Made by a program: the position numbers and the translations under genes. A stretch of DNA of 64,000 nucleotides. Source: Candidatus Cloacimonadota bacterium (lineage in GTDB: Bacteria > Cloacimonadota > Cloacimonadia > Cloacimonadales > GCA-2742885). The stretch covers positions 4,969-68,968 of the forward strand of contig PDOO01000026.1 in the NCBI GenBank assembly GCA_002742885.1, written 5' to 3'. This document shows, in pieces, positions 30,302 through 40,960 of the stretch (within the stretch, counting starts at the first letter, position 1; each line of letters starts with the position of its first letter). A model generated the notes under the pieces. That model did no database searches. It saw only the letters and a program-made list of their open reading frames with translations, and was not told the origin of the DNA.

Positions 30302-31032
30302 CAACAGATGATATAATAAAAAAAACAGCCGATAAAATAAAAAAATCAAGATATATGATTGCTTTTACCGGAGCCGGCATATCAACAGAAAGCGGAATAC
30401 CACCTTTCAGGGGAGAAAACGGAATCTGGAATCAATATGATCCGAAAGTCTTGAGTTTGGAATATTTCAAAAAAGACCCGGCAGAAGCATGGATTTTCAT
30501 AAAAGAGATTTTTTATGATTTTCTTGAAGACACGAAACCGAATAAAGCTCACAAAGTCCTTGCCGAACTTGAAAGAAAAGGTATCCTGAAAAGCATTACA
30601 ACTCAAAATATTGACGGACTTCACGAAGCTTCCGGTTCTCCCAATGTTATAAATTTTCACGGTTCAACCGAAAATTTGGTATGTCTGAAATGCGGAGAAA
30701 AATTTCCGGCAAAAAATTTTGATTCCAAAATACCTGTTTGCCCCAAAGACAAAAAAATATTAAAACCAGACTTCGTATTCTTCGGAGAAGGAATACCGCA
30801 AAAAGCTTATACAAAAGCATTTGAGGAAGCTTTAAAAGCTGATTTGGTATTGGTTACCGGGACTTCGGGAGAAGTTATGCCGGCAAACATGATTCCTTAT
30901 CAAGCAAAGCAAAACGGAGCTGAAATTATTGAAATAAATCCTCATGAAAGCGCTTTTACCGGAACAATTACGGATTTATATATAAAATCCCCCGTAAGTT
31001 TTGCTTTGGAAAAAATAATAAACTTGTTATAA
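30298..31032 (+). CDS. cobB: Sir2-family NAD-dependent protein deacylase
   Basis: TGAGISTESGIP.FRG, TQNIDGLH, HGS, KPDFVFFGE, GTSG.V.PA. Confidence 0.93.
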   Translation: MTTDDIIKKTADKIKKSRYMIAFTGAGISTESGIPPFRGENGIWNQYDPKVLSLEYFKKDPAEAWIFIKEIFYDFLEDTKPNKAHKVLAELERKGILKSITTQNIDGLHEASGSPNVINFHGSTENLVCLKCGEKFPAKNFDSKIPVCPKDKKILKPDFVFFGEGIPQKAYTKAFEEALKADLVLVTGTSGEVMPANMIPYQAKQNGAEIIEINPHESAFTGTITDLYIKSPVSFALEKIINLL

Positions 31033-31301
31033 AAATTCAGAAGAGAAAGTCAGGCAATATATCCTTGATTTTCTATCGACAATTCGCAAAAAAATCAAAA
31101 AAAGATTTTTATCAGGTTTTCAGAGAAAAATCTCTGAAAATTTTAATCCGCAAAAAATTGATTTATTTTTCCTGAATCCCGGGTCATTGCATGAGCAAAA
31201 TTTATTGCATATTCAAAACAAGCCTTAAAGAGAAACAAAAAATATTCTCATATTCCGAAATGCGGTTCACTGCTTAAATCTTATTTTAAAATCTCAAAAC
31301 A

Positions 31302-31344
31302 GACCTCCGAAAAGTTAATTTTTTAAAGTATTATTTCGGAGGTC
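31302..31344. terminator. Hairpin between convergent genes, probable terminator
   Basis: GACCTCCGAAA...TTTCGGAGGTC inverted repeat. Confidence 0.55.
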
Positions 31345-31366
31345 GTAAACGTTAAATTCAAATCTC

Positions 31367-33490
31367 TTATTTCAACAATAAACTTTTAGCCGTACCGGTT
31401 GTTTTGCCGTTTTCGGAAATACGAAAAAGATAAACTCCGCTTGCAGCCGGACGACCGTTTTCATCTCTTCCGTCCCACTTTGCTTTATGATCTCCCGCTT
31501 TAAGTCCGGCATTCAAAATCGTTTTTATTTTTTGACCTTTAGTGTTGTAAACAGCTGCTTCCGCATAGGAATCTTTCGGAATATAAAAATTCAAAGTTAT
31601 TTCTGAGCGAGTTTTACCGAACACAAAAGGATTGGGATAAACAGATATTATTTTTGAAGAATAAGAAGGGGAATCATTATCGTTCCCGTAGGGATTAGCG
31701 CTAAATTCAGCGACAACCGGCAAGTGATCCGAAGCATAATACAAATCATCGGCAATATCAGACGGCACAACGCCGTTTGTTCCGTAATTTACAGATTGAT
31801 TATAGTGATTTCCGTCTTGTCCGACAACTCTGTAAGAATTTTCGATATATTCAATTCCGTATCCGTCATTAATATCATAATTTGTTAATATAAAGTCAAA
31901 TCTGTCATCAAGTCCTCCTCCGGAGCTGCCTCCGAATGAAGTAACTCTCGGGCATTGAGAATGAACCCAACGAAATTCCGGATTATTGTGCCAGTGACCG
32001 ACAGATGAAGAACAGTCTTTTGCTCTTCCTCTCGCATCGGCAGTCTCGTCAACCAATACTTCGTAAGCATCTTCGGAATGCGTATAAAGATTCATGTCTC
32101 CCGCAATAATAAATTCTGTATCTTCCGGGAGTTGATTGAGGTAATTACGCAATACGGCGGCTTCTTCGGCTCTCTGTTCTTTATCTTCCGAAGAATTACC
32201 GGCTTTGAGATGGCAGACATAAAATCTCAATTCATAACCGTTTATATCTAAAATATACTCCATAATGTTTCTTCCCGGAGTGCTTATGGCATTTTGATCA
32301 ACCAATATTCCCGTTTCCCCTTTGAAAACAAGCCAGCAATCGGGACCGTAAGGACCGTTTAAGTAATCGCTTCCCGTATAGCTGCCGCTGATTTCGTTTA
32401 TTTTATCCAACATTATTTCCGCACCGAAAGAATTTTCTATTTCCTGAAACATTATCACATCAGGATCTTCGTATTCAATTATCGATTTGAAGTGTTCGGA
32501 TCTTTCAACAGAATCGTCATCAGCTCCGAAAAAAAGAGAATTATAGGTCATAACTTTAAAGCCCAATTCTTCGCTTTCCGAATAAATTAAGACAAGGTTA
32601 TGCTTGATAACGGAATTTGAATTTGTTCCGTCCGAGACAGTCAATTTCACGTCATAAGCTCCCGGTTCCGTAAAAGTAAAACTCGGATTTTCTTCTTCGG
32701 AATCAACAGTTCCGTTGTTATCGAAATCCCATTGATAAGATGTAATTTCACCGTGACTGAAATTAATGAAATCAACGGTAAGAGGAGGTAAACCGATTGT
32801 ATTTGAATAAGTCGTAAAATCGGCAAAAACCATTCCCGGATTATAATAATCATTTATAAAACGAGGATTTAAACCGAAATTTCCGTAAGAATAATCTACT
32901 AATCCGCAAATATATTCCCAAGTATCTCCGGTTTCAATTGTTTCGCCGGCTTCGCTGAGATTAAACATGTTGTCATCAACCTGACATTCTCCGCTTCCGT
33001 CAGATACCTTATATTCTCCAAAATTATTTTCTCCTTCCGTAACTTCCAAGTTGCTTATTTTTACCAAAACGCCTTCGTACATTTCTTCTTCCGAAAGTTG
33101 TAAAGTCGTTATTTCGACAGGTTCAGGAAGAGGATTATTTGAACTCAGCAAATTAACCTGAATATTGCCGTCATCGGATTTTATCATGGTCTGACCGTAA
33201 AATTCTTCCACTTGCCCTGTTATTTCGACTTCGTCTCCGAGACGTAAATTATCATTTCCGCAAGCATAAACATAAATGCCGTTCCATGCTCCTCCCTCGG
33301 GGTCGGCAATAAAAATGTTATCGTCTTCACCGTTCATTCCGACTGCGACAACAATTCCCGAAACCGTTACAATTTCACCGTTGTAAGGAGAGTCTCCGCT
33401 CGAATCATCTGTAAACTGGATATCATATATACTCACGCTTTGCAAAGAAGCAAATGCCAAAATTATGATTAATCCGAATAAATTACGCAT
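31367..33490 (-). CDS. Secreted nuclease: OB-fold, PKD, endonuclease/exonuclease/phosphatase domain, FlgD-type C-terminal sorting tail
   Basis: Probable start MRNLFG at 33490 (GGAGG RBS). EEP motifs MTYN, FQEI, HLKAG, AGDMN, SDHLPV; PKD WDFDNNG; tail YPNPF...WDGRDENG..ASGVY. Confidence 0.85.
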   Translation of the reverse strand: MRNLFGLIIILAFASLQSVSIYDIQFTDDSSGDSPYNGEIVTVSGIVVAVGMNGEDDNIFIADPEGGAWNGIYVYACGNDNLRLGDEVEITGQVEEFYGQTMIKSDDGNIQVNLLSSNNPLPEPVEITTLQLSEEEMYEGVLVKISNLEVTEGENNFGEYKVSDGSGECQVDDNMFNLSEAGETIETGDTWEYICGLVDYSYGNFGLNPRFINDYYNPGMVFADFTTYSNTIGLPPLTVDFINFSHGEITSYQWDFDNNGTVDSEEENPSFTFTEPGAYDVKLTVSDGTNSNSVIKHNLVLIYSESEELGFKVMTYNSLFFGADDDSVERSEHFKSIIEYEDPDVIMFQEIENSFGAEIMLDKINEISGSYTGSDYLNGPYGPDCWLVFKGETGILVDQNAISTPGRNIMEYILDINGYELRFYVCHLKAGNSSEDKEQRAEEAAVLRNYLNQLPEDTEFIIAGDMNLYTHSEDAYEVLVDETADARGRAKDCSSSVGHWHNNPEFRWVHSQCPRVTSFGGSSGGGLDDRFDFILTNYDINDGYGIEYIENSYRVVGQDGNHYNQSVNYGTNGVVPSDIADDLYYASDHLPVVAEFSANPYGNDNDSPSYSSKIISVYPNPFVFGKTRSEITLNFYIPKDSYAEAAVYNTKGQKIKTILNAGLKAGDHKAKWDGRDENGRPAASGVYLFRISENGKTTGTAKSLLLK

Positions 33491-33774
33491 AAAATCCTCC
33501 GTAAAAAAATTTTCGACAAAGTAAATAAAGCTTAAACTTATTGTCAAAGTAAATAAAAAAGTAAATCTTAAATTTCAGTCAACTGTTTATAAAAAAGAAA
33601 TTATTTGATTGCCTTTCGCAGAAAAAAGAAATCGAGCAGAAAAAATATTTATTTTTATGTAAAAAAAACTTTCTTTTACGGATAAAAAAACGGATAATCT
33701 GATGTAACAATAAGAGACGAAACAAGTTTTATTTTATACTTTAAATAAAATTATCTTTAAAAGGAGCAGAATAA

Positions 33775-34725
33775 ATGATTGAGATTAATAATCTGGTAAA
33801 AGATTATGACGAAATCAGAGCTGTTGATCACATAAGTTTTTCCGTCCCGGAAGGTCAAATTGTCGGATTTTTGGGACCGAACGGAGCCGGTAAATCAACA
33901 ACTCTTAAAATGTTGACATGTTATATTTCTCCGACAGCAGGAAAAGCATCTGTTTATAATTTAGATGTTTACGAAAATTCTAAAGAAGTAAGAAAATTAA
34001 TCGGATATTTACCCGAACATAATCCTCTTTACCTTGAAATGACTGTTTACGATTATTTGAGTTTTATTGCCGAGGCAAGAGAAATTCCCGCCGATCAGAA
34101 AAACCTTAAAATAAAATCAGTTGTCGAAAGATGCGGATTGAGAGAAGTCATAGCAAAACCTATTCAAACGTTATCCAAAGGTTACAGACAACGCGTCGGA
34201 CTGGCTCAGGCAATCATTCATGACCCGAAAATATTAATTTTGGATGAACCGACAACCGGACTCGACCCGAACCAAATTCTGGAAATAAGACAATTGATAA
34301 AAAAACTCGGGAAAGAAAAAACACTTATAATTTCATCTCACATCATGCAGGAAGTGCAAGCCGTCTGCGACAGAATAATCATTATTAATCAAGGAAAAAT
34401 CGTTGCCGACGCACCTACCGAAGAATTGCAGTCATCGTTTGAGGGAAAATCTTCTCTTACCTTGGAAATAAAAACGGAAATCAAAGACATAAAACAAATG
34501 GAACTCGATATTCCGCAAATAAAACTTCAGTCTGCCGAAGCAACCGAAAACGGTTTTATAAAAGCAAAATTTGAATATTCGGGAGATATTGATCCGCGTC
34601 CCGATATTTTTGAATACATAAAAAACGCCGGATGGACTCTTATAGAAATGAAAAAAGATCAAATTTCTCTTGAAGACGTATTCAGGAAATTGACAATTTC
34701 CGATAAAGGAGGAGACAATAAATGA
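33775..34725 (+). CDS. ABC transporter ATP-binding protein (GldA-like)
   Basis: GPNGAGKST, LSKGYRQRVGLAQA, DEPTTGLDPNQ. Confidence 0.9.
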   Translation: MIEINNLVKDYDEIRAVDHISFSVPEGQIVGFLGPNGAGKSTTLKMLTCYISPTAGKASVYNLDVYENSKEVRKLIGYLPEHNPLYLEMTVYDYLSFIAEAREIPADQKNLKIKSVVERCGLREVIAKPIQTLSKGYRQRVGLAQAIIHDPKILILDEPTTGLDPNQILEIRQLIKKLGKEKTLIISSHIMQEVQAVCDRIIIINQGKIVADAPTEELQSSFEGKSSLTLEIKTEIKDIKQMELDIPQIKLQSAEATENGFIKAKFEYSGDIDPRPDIFEYIKNAGWTLIEMKKDQISLEDVFRKLTISDKGGDNK

Positions 34726-35435
34726 GAGCCGTATCCCTTATTTACAAAAAAGAGTTAAAATCATACTTCAATTCACCGACTGCTTATGTTGTTTTGGTCG
34801 GATTTCTTTTGATTTGCGGATGGTTCTTTTCGCAACCGCTTTTTCTGCAAAATCAGGCAACCCTCAGACATCTTTTTTCCTCTTTGCCCATGATTTTCAT
34901 TTTTTTTATTCCCGTTATAACGATGGGAGTATTTGCCAAAGAAAAAAGTACCGGAACCATTGAAACACTGTCCACGCTTCCTTTAAGCGATCAGGAAATA
35001 GTTGCAGGGAAATTTTTTGCTTCCCTTGCCGTAATCGGAACCGGATTATTGTTTACTCTTGTTCACTTTGCCGCCATAATTTTACTGGGTTCAAATTTGG
35101 ATTACGGAGCAATTTTATGCGGTTATCTCGGTTTGTTTCTTCTCAGCGGAGTTTACAGCTCAATCGGAGTTTTCAGTTCTTCTCTGACAAGCAATCAAAT
35201 TGTGGCGTTCATAATAAGTTTTTTCATAATATTCATGTTTTTTATGCTTGAGCAAACCGCTGTTTTCATGCCTTCAAGCATAAGCAATTTATTTCAATAC
35301 ATGAGTTTAGTTTACCATTTCAATAATATTTCCAAAGGCATCATAGACACGAGAGATATTATTTATTTTATCGCCTTGATTATATTTTTCCTGCGTCTCG
35401 CAACAGTTATGAATGAATCGGTAAAATGGAAATAG
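34722..35435 (+). CDS. ABC-2 permease (GldF-like)
   Basis: KELKSYFNSPTAY, EKSTGTIE.L.TLP, SNQIVAF, GIIDTRD. Confidence 0.88.
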   Translation: MRAVSLIYKKELKSYFNSPTAYVVLVGFLLICGWFFSQPLFLQNQATLRHLFSSLPMIFIFFIPVITMGVFAKEKSTGTIETLSTLPLSDQEIVAGKFFASLAVIGTGLLFTLVHFAAIILLGSNLDYGAILCGYLGLFLLSGVYSSIGVFSSSLTSNQIVAFIISFFIIFMFFMLEQTAVFMPSSISNLFQYMSLVYHFNNISKGIIDTRDIIYFIALIIFFLRLATVMNESVKWK

Positions 35436-37012
35436 GAGAGAAAATGAATAAACGAAAAGATAAACAATCGGTAATTATAAACGTAATTATTTTAGGAGCA
35501 ATTTTAATTGTCGTCAATCTGATTTCTCAAAGATTTTTTCACAGATTCGACTTTTCTCAAGGTAAAATTTACACTCTTACCGAATCAAGCAAAAATACTG
35601 TTAAGAATTTGGAAGACTTGATAATCGTAAAAGCTTATTTTACCAAAAATTTACCGGGACAATATGCGGAAATAAAACGTTATACGGAAGATATATTAAA
35701 CGAATATCGAGCTTATTCAAAAGGTAAATTTAAATTTGAATTTATTGATCCCGCCGATGACGAAACCTTGAAAACGGAAGCAAGACAAAACAGAATTCAA
35801 CCCGTAAGAATGCAGACAATAGAAAACGATAAAGTTGAAATCAGAGAAGTTTACATGGGTTTGGTATTCCATTATCAAGGAAAATCGGAAGCTTTGCCGC
35901 TAATTCAAAATACACAATCAACCGAATACGACATTACCCGAATGATCAAGAAAATTACTGCCGTCGGTTTAACAAAAGTTTCTCTTTTCACCGGAGAGCC
36001 GGAAATTCCGACCGAGTTGCGACAACAATATCCGGGACAATTGCCGGAATCGGAATTTAAAATATTAACTCAACTCGTTCAAAATACTTACGAGCTTTCA
36101 AAAACTGATTTGAAAGAACCTCTTTCAGATGAAACGGAATTATTGATTATTGCCGGAATTAAGGATTCCCTTACTCAAAATCAAATCGATAATTTTAATT
36201 CTTATATGATGAAAAAGGGGAAACTCCTGCTCATGCAGGAAAGCGTAAATGCGGAACTGCAAGCTCAAAAAGCGGAAGTTTCAAAATCAAATTTCATTGA
36301 TTTGCTTGCGGATTACGGAATAAACATAAAACCGAATCTGGTTTTATCAGCCGATTGCGGAAAAATAAGCGTTCAGCAAAGCAGCGGTTTTTTCAGACAA
36401 ATTATTCCCGTAAACTATCCTTTCTTTCCGATTGTATCAGAACTGAATAAAGATAATATCATCAGTAAAAAAATCGAGCAGATTCAATTTATATTCGCTT
36501 CCGAAATTGACACGACAAAAACAGACGGACTTAATTTCGTTCCTTTGGCGCATACGAATCAATTTTCGGCTGAAATGAAATCTCCAAGATTTGATTTGGG
36601 TTATGAAAAATACATGAATAAATTTTTACGCAGGGAATTCAATACTTATCCGCGCAATTTGGCGGGTATCTACAGAGGAAAAATTTCCGCTGACGGAAAA
36701 AGCAACGAAAATGCAGAAATTATTCTTATTGCCGACAGTGACTTCATGAAAGATTCAGCCGGCGGAACCGTTGCCGGAAACAGAGATTTGTTCCTGAACG
36801 GAATTGATTATCTTGCTTCCGATCCGACTTTAATTCAAATTCGTAATCGGGAAATAGCTTTTCATCCGCTGAAAGAAATAAGCCCAGCCGCCAAAAAAGC
36901 CGTAAAATGGCTGAATATAATTTTACCGGCTCTTCTTCTTATCATAAGCGGTTTGATGAAATTCAGAAAAGAGAAAATAAAAAGAAAACTTTTGAGGGAA
37001 ATGTATGAATAA
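35426..37012 (+). CDS. GldG-family ABC auxiliary protein
   Basis: RFDFS..KIYTL.ES, FEFIDP, EYDIT, DSDF, N.DLFLN.IDYL; start may be 35444. Confidence 0.85.
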   Translation: MEIGEKMNKRKDKQSVIINVIILGAILIVVNLISQRFFHRFDFSQGKIYTLTESSKNTVKNLEDLIIVKAYFTKNLPGQYAEIKRYTEDILNEYRAYSKGKFKFEFIDPADDETLKTEARQNRIQPVRMQTIENDKVEIREVYMGLVFHYQGKSEALPLIQNTQSTEYDITRMIKKITAVGLTKVSLFTGEPEIPTELRQQYPGQLPESEFKILTQLVQNTYELSKTDLKEPLSDETELLIIAGIKDSLTQNQIDNFNSYMMKKGKLLLMQESVNAELQAQKAEVSKSNFIDLLADYGINIKPNLVLSADCGKISVQQSSGFFRQIIPVNYPFFPIVSELNKDNIISKKIEQIQFIFASEIDTTKTDGLNFVPLAHTNQFSAEMKSPRFDLGYEKYMNKFLRREFNTYPRNLAGIYRGKISADGKSNENAEIILIADSDFMKDSAGGTVAGNRDLFLNGIDYLASDPTLIQIRNREIAFHPLKEISPAAKKAVKWLNIILPALLLIISGLMKFRKEKIKRKLLREMYE

Positions 37013-37931
37013 AAAAAATCTTATCTATATCGGAATTTTGGCAGTTTTACTGTTGTTTTATTACGTTCAAAAATCACATGAACCGACCGAAAAACGTTTT
37101 ATGCTGATCGAAAATTTAAACTTGGAAGAAATTACGGAAATTGAATTGATTCAGAAAAAAGATTCCGTCCGCATCGTAAAAAATACGGATTGGGAGATTA
37201 CGGAACCTGATATATTGCCCTGCGATCCGAGTAAAATAATTCAGCTTTTCCAAGACCTTAAAAATATTGAAGTTCCTTCAACTCCCGTTTCGGAAAATCC
37301 GAAAGTTTTTGATAAATTGGGAGTCAGCGACAGTACGGCAATTCAAGTTGTCTTAAAAGATAAAAACAATAACGTAAAAGCTCATTATCTTTTCGGAAAT
37401 ACTCGCAACTATCAATTCAACACCGTGAGAAAAGCCGAAAAAAACGAAGTTTGGCAACTTACCGGAAACGTATCTTACAAATTCCGTCCCAATATCGATA
37501 CTTGGCGACAAAAATATATTGATTACGCTGCAAAATCAGATTTAAAATCTTTCAAAGTAAAATATTCTTCCGGAGAATATAAACTTACGAACGAAGATTC
37601 GGTTTGGGTTTATTCCGACTCAAAAGAAACTTTCAAGATCAAGAAAGGAAATAAACAACTGATGAAAATTCTTAACGGATGGACAAATAATCGTTCGCAT
37701 AATTGGTTGGACAATGAATTTGAATCGGTTGCAAAAAATTTCAAAGACCCTGTTTTGACCGTTACAGTCGAAAAAAGATCAGACGTAATTTCAACTATTG
37801 TTTTCGCTTCCAAAAAAGATGACGAGAAATCATTTTGGATGATGAAAGACAACAATAAAAAAACGCTGTACGGAACAGGAGCAGATCTGGTGAACAGATT
37901 TACAAAATCATCGGAACATTTCAAAGAATAA
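37005..37931 (+). CDS. DUF4340-like protein
   Basis: N-terminal anchor, WEITEP, WR.K motifs; usual fourth gene of GldA/F/G-like operons. Confidence 0.7.
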   Translation: MNKKNLIYIGILAVLLLFYYVQKSHEPTEKRFMLIENLNLEEITEIELIQKKDSVRIVKNTDWEITEPDILPCDPSKIIQLFQDLKNIEVPSTPVSENPKVFDKLGVSDSTAIQVVLKDKNNNVKAHYLFGNTRNYQFNTVRKAEKNEVWQLTGNVSYKFRPNIDTWRQKYIDYAAKSDLKSFKVKYSSGEYKLTNEDSVWVYSDSKETFKIKKGNKQLMKILNGWTNNRSHNWLDNEFESVAKNFKDPVLTVTVEKRSDVISTIVFASKKDDEKSFWMMKDNNKKTLYGTGADLVNRFTKSSEHFKE

Positions 37932-37951
37932 ACAGAAAACCGGAACAAATT

Positions 37952-37985
37952 AAAAGGACGCATCTTAACGGAAGCGTCCTTTTTT
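37952..37985. terminator. Bidirectional intrinsic terminator
   Basis: AAAAGGACGC-N12-GCGTCCTTTTTT between convergent genes. Confidence 0.75.
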
Positions 37986-38024
37986 GCGATAAAGATATGT
38001 TATGATGTTTTATGATGCCGTATG

Positions 38025-39821
38025 CTAACTTTTATCCGATTTCATCACGGCAAGAAAAGCTTCTTGCGGAACATTTACGGAACCGACTTCTTTCATGCGT
38101 TTTTTACCTTCTTTCTGTTTTTCCAAAAGTTTTCTTTTACGAGTAATATCGCCTCCGTAACATTTTGCCGTTACGTTCTTTCGCATGGCGGAAATAGTGC
38201 TTCTGGCGATTATTTTTCCCCCTATGCTTGCCTGCAACGCAATCTTAAACAGGTGGCGCGGAATTTCTTCTTTCAGGGTTTCCGTTACGGCTTTTCCCCA
38301 ATGGTAAGCCTTGTCTTCATGGCAAATAAAAGACATCGCATCAACCTTATCTCCGTTAATTAAAACATCAACTTTAACAATTTTGGATTCTCTCATATCC
38401 TTGAAAGAATAATCCAAAGATGCATAACCGCGACTGCATGATTTCAATTTATCGTAAAAATCAAAAATAATTTCAATCAAAGGCATTTCATAGTGCAAAG
38501 CAACCCGGCGATCATCGATATACTGCATATCATTTTGAATCCCTCGCCTTTCCTGAGCCAATTTCATAATATTGCCGACATATTCGACCGGAGCAATAAT
38601 TTCAACATCCATAAAAGGTTCAAAAATCTTGTCTATGTTTACCGGATCGGGAAAATCAACCGGATTATGAACATCTGTTTGTTCTCCGTTTTTCATATGC
38701 ATTATAAATTGGACGCTCGGAGTAGTGGTAATTACCGGAACATTAAACTCGCGCAACAAACGTTCTTTTACGATTTCAAGATGCAGCATTCCCAGAAAAC
38801 CGCATCTGAATCCGAATCCGAGAGCAAGAGAATTTTCCTTTTCGTAAACCAAAGCAGAATCATTTAACTTCAATTTTCCCAAACTGTCTCGAAGTATAAC
38901 ATAATCTTCGCCGTTTATGGGAAAAAGTCCCGAAAAAATCATCGGTTTCGGTTCCTGAAATCCGGGTAATGCCTCAATTTCGCAACCGGCTAAAGAAACA
39001 GTGTCTCCGACTCTGGCATCAGAAACTTCTTTTATATTTCCGATAATATATCCCACGTCTCCGGTCGTAAGTTCTTTTGCCGGCTCAAGTTTTAATCCCA
39101 AATAGCCTATTTCTTCTATTTGATATTTCTTCCCGGTTGAAAGAAGTTTTATTTCATCTCCTTTCGCTAACTTCCCGTCATAAATCCTAACCAAGACAAC
39201 AACGCCTCTGTATTTATCGTAAAATGAATCAAAAATCAAAGCTTTCGGATCGGATTCGACTTTACCTTCCGGAGCAGGTATTTTTTCTACCAAACCTCGC
39301 AATAATTCTTCTACTCCGACTCCTGTCTTGGCGCTGATTCGATAAATTTCGTCGTCTTCCGAGCCTATGGTTTCCTGAATTTCGTGAGAAACAGCTTCCA
39401 AATCGGCATTAGGACGATCTATTTTATTCATTACCGGGATAATTTCCAAATTATTTTCCATTGCCATATAAAGATTGCTCATGGTCTGAGCTTCTATTCC
39501 CTGAGATGCGTCCACCAAGAGCAATGCTCCTTCGCATGAAGCCAAACTGCGCGAAACTTCGTAAGAAAAATCCACGTGACCGGGAGTGTCTATGAGATTA
39601 AGAATATATTTTTTCCCGTCAGCTTCATAAGGCAAACGAACGGCATGAGATTTGATAGTAATGCCTTTCTCCTTTTCCAATTCCATGTCATCCAATACCT
39701 GCTCGACTGCGGTACTTTGATCTATTAAATTCGTCATCTCCAAAAATCTGTCGGCAAGCGTTGATTTACCGTGATCAATGTGAGCAATAATGCAAAAGTT
39801 GCGAATCCTGCTTTGATTCAT
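38025..39821 (-). CDS. lepA: Elongation factor 4
   Basis: AHIDHGKSTLADR, DTPGHVDF, GFRCGFLGMLH, KCYGGDITRKRKLLEKQKEGK. Confidence 0.98.
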   Translation of the reverse strand: MNQSRIRNFCIIAHIDHGKSTLADRFLEMTNLIDQSTAVEQVLDDMELEKEKGITIKSHAVRLPYEADGKKYILNLIDTPGHVDFSYEVSRSLASCEGALLLVDASQGIEAQTMSNLYMAMENNLEIIPVMNKIDRPNADLEAVSHEIQETIGSEDDEIYRISAKTGVGVEELLRGLVEKIPAPEGKVESDPKALIFDSFYDKYRGVVVLVRIYDGKLAKGDEIKLLSTGKKYQIEEIGYLGLKLEPAKELTTGDVGYIIGNIKEVSDARVGDTVSLAGCEIEALPGFQEPKPMIFSGLFPINGEDYVILRDSLGKLKLNDSALVYEKENSLALGFGFRCGFLGMLHLEIVKERLLREFNVPVITTTPSVQFIMHMKNGEQTDVHNPVDFPDPVNIDKIFEPFMDVEIIAPVEYVGNIMKLAQERRGIQNDMQYIDDRRVALHYEMPLIEIIFDFYDKLKSCSRGYASLDYSFKDMRESKIVKVDVLINGDKVDAMSFICHEDKAYHWGKAVTETLKEEIPRHLFKIALQASIGGKIIARSTISAMRKNVTAKCYGGDITRKRKLLEKQKEGKKRMKEVGSVNVPQEAFLAVMKSDKS

Positions 39822-39843
39822 TGATTTTTCTCCGTCTTTAAAA

Positions 39844-40752
39844 TTATTTTTTTAATTTCAGGTTATTTTCTTTTAATGTTTTTTGGAATAAAACCCGAGC
39901 AATCTCATCTGTGTCGTAAACAAACTTTTTGTTGCAAAAATGACATTCCGTAGTTAAGGTTTCTTTATTTTCGATAATTTTTTCCAATTCTTCGTCGGAT
40001 AAAAGAGTTATTCCGCTTTTAAATTTTTCTTTTGAGCAGTCGCATTTAAAAAATGCCGGTTTTTCTTCCGTAATTTCGGCATCAAATCCTTTCAAAATAA
40101 AATCTTTGAGTAAAGTTTCCGCCGAATGTCCCATGTCCATCATGTCGGTAAAATTGGGAAATGTTCTGAGATTTTCTTCAAGCTTGGCAATTGTCTCTTC
40201 CGGCGTATTCGGCATTAATTGAACAATAAAACCGCCCGATTTTCTTATTCCCCCGCCCGGTTCCACTAATACTCCGAGTCCGGTTGCAGAGGGAATTTGT
40301 TCCGATTTAACGTAATAATAAGCCAAATCTTCGGCAATCTCTGACGTAACCAGTTCGATTTGTCCTACGTAAGGATGTTTCAATCCCAGATCTTTTATCA
40401 CGGTCAAAGTTCCCGAACCGATTGCTCCAGACACATTAATTCGTCCTTTTTCGTCTCTTTCCAACTCAGCTTGCGGATTATTCAGATAACCTTTTACGGA
40501 TCCTTGACTGCCTGCCGTTACAATGACATTGCCTATAGATCCGTCTCCCGTAATTTTTAATGTCAGATTGTCTTTCTCTGATTTTAAGTCCATTCCCATC
40601 ATCAATGCCGCGCTGATCAGGCGTCCGGCAATAACAGATGCCGTTATCGATAAATTATGTATTTTAACCAACTCTCTTAAAGTTTCGGTTGAATCCGTTC
40701 CAAAAAATCTTATATGTTTATTTGCTGTTATACCGCGAATAATTTTGTCCAT
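39844..40752 (-). CDS. hslO: Hsp33 redox-regulated chaperone
   Basis: EIAEDLAYY..SEQIPS, GGFIVQLMP, zinc motif CDC...CHFC; likely start MDKIIRG at 40752. Confidence 0.93.
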   Translation of the reverse strand: MDKIIRGITANKHIRFFGTDSTETLRELVKIHNLSITASVIAGRLISAALMMGMDLKSEKDNLTLKITGDGSIGNVIVTAGSQGSVKGYLNNPQAELERDEKGRINVSGAIGSGTLTVIKDLGLKHPYVGQIELVTSEIAEDLAYYYVKSEQIPSATGLGVLVEPGGGIRKSGGFIVQLMPNTPEETIAKLEENLRTFPNFTDMMDMGHSAETLLKDFILKGFDAEITEEKPAFFKCDCSKEKFKSGITLLSDEELEKIIENKETLTTECHFCNKKFVYDTDEIARVLFQKTLKENNLKLKK

Positions 40753-40960
40753 TGTCTTGTCCTTCAAGTTTGAAATATTATCTGCCTGATGAAAATTGCA
40801 GTCTGTCATAAAACGGATTCCAAAAAAAAAAATACGACTTAATTGTAAAGGATTAGAGAAAATGAATTGAAATTTGATAATTAATCAAAATTATTTGGAC
40901 AATATTCAAAGGGAACAAATATTGGAATCAATAAAATCGTCAGCAGAAAAAGGAGTTATT

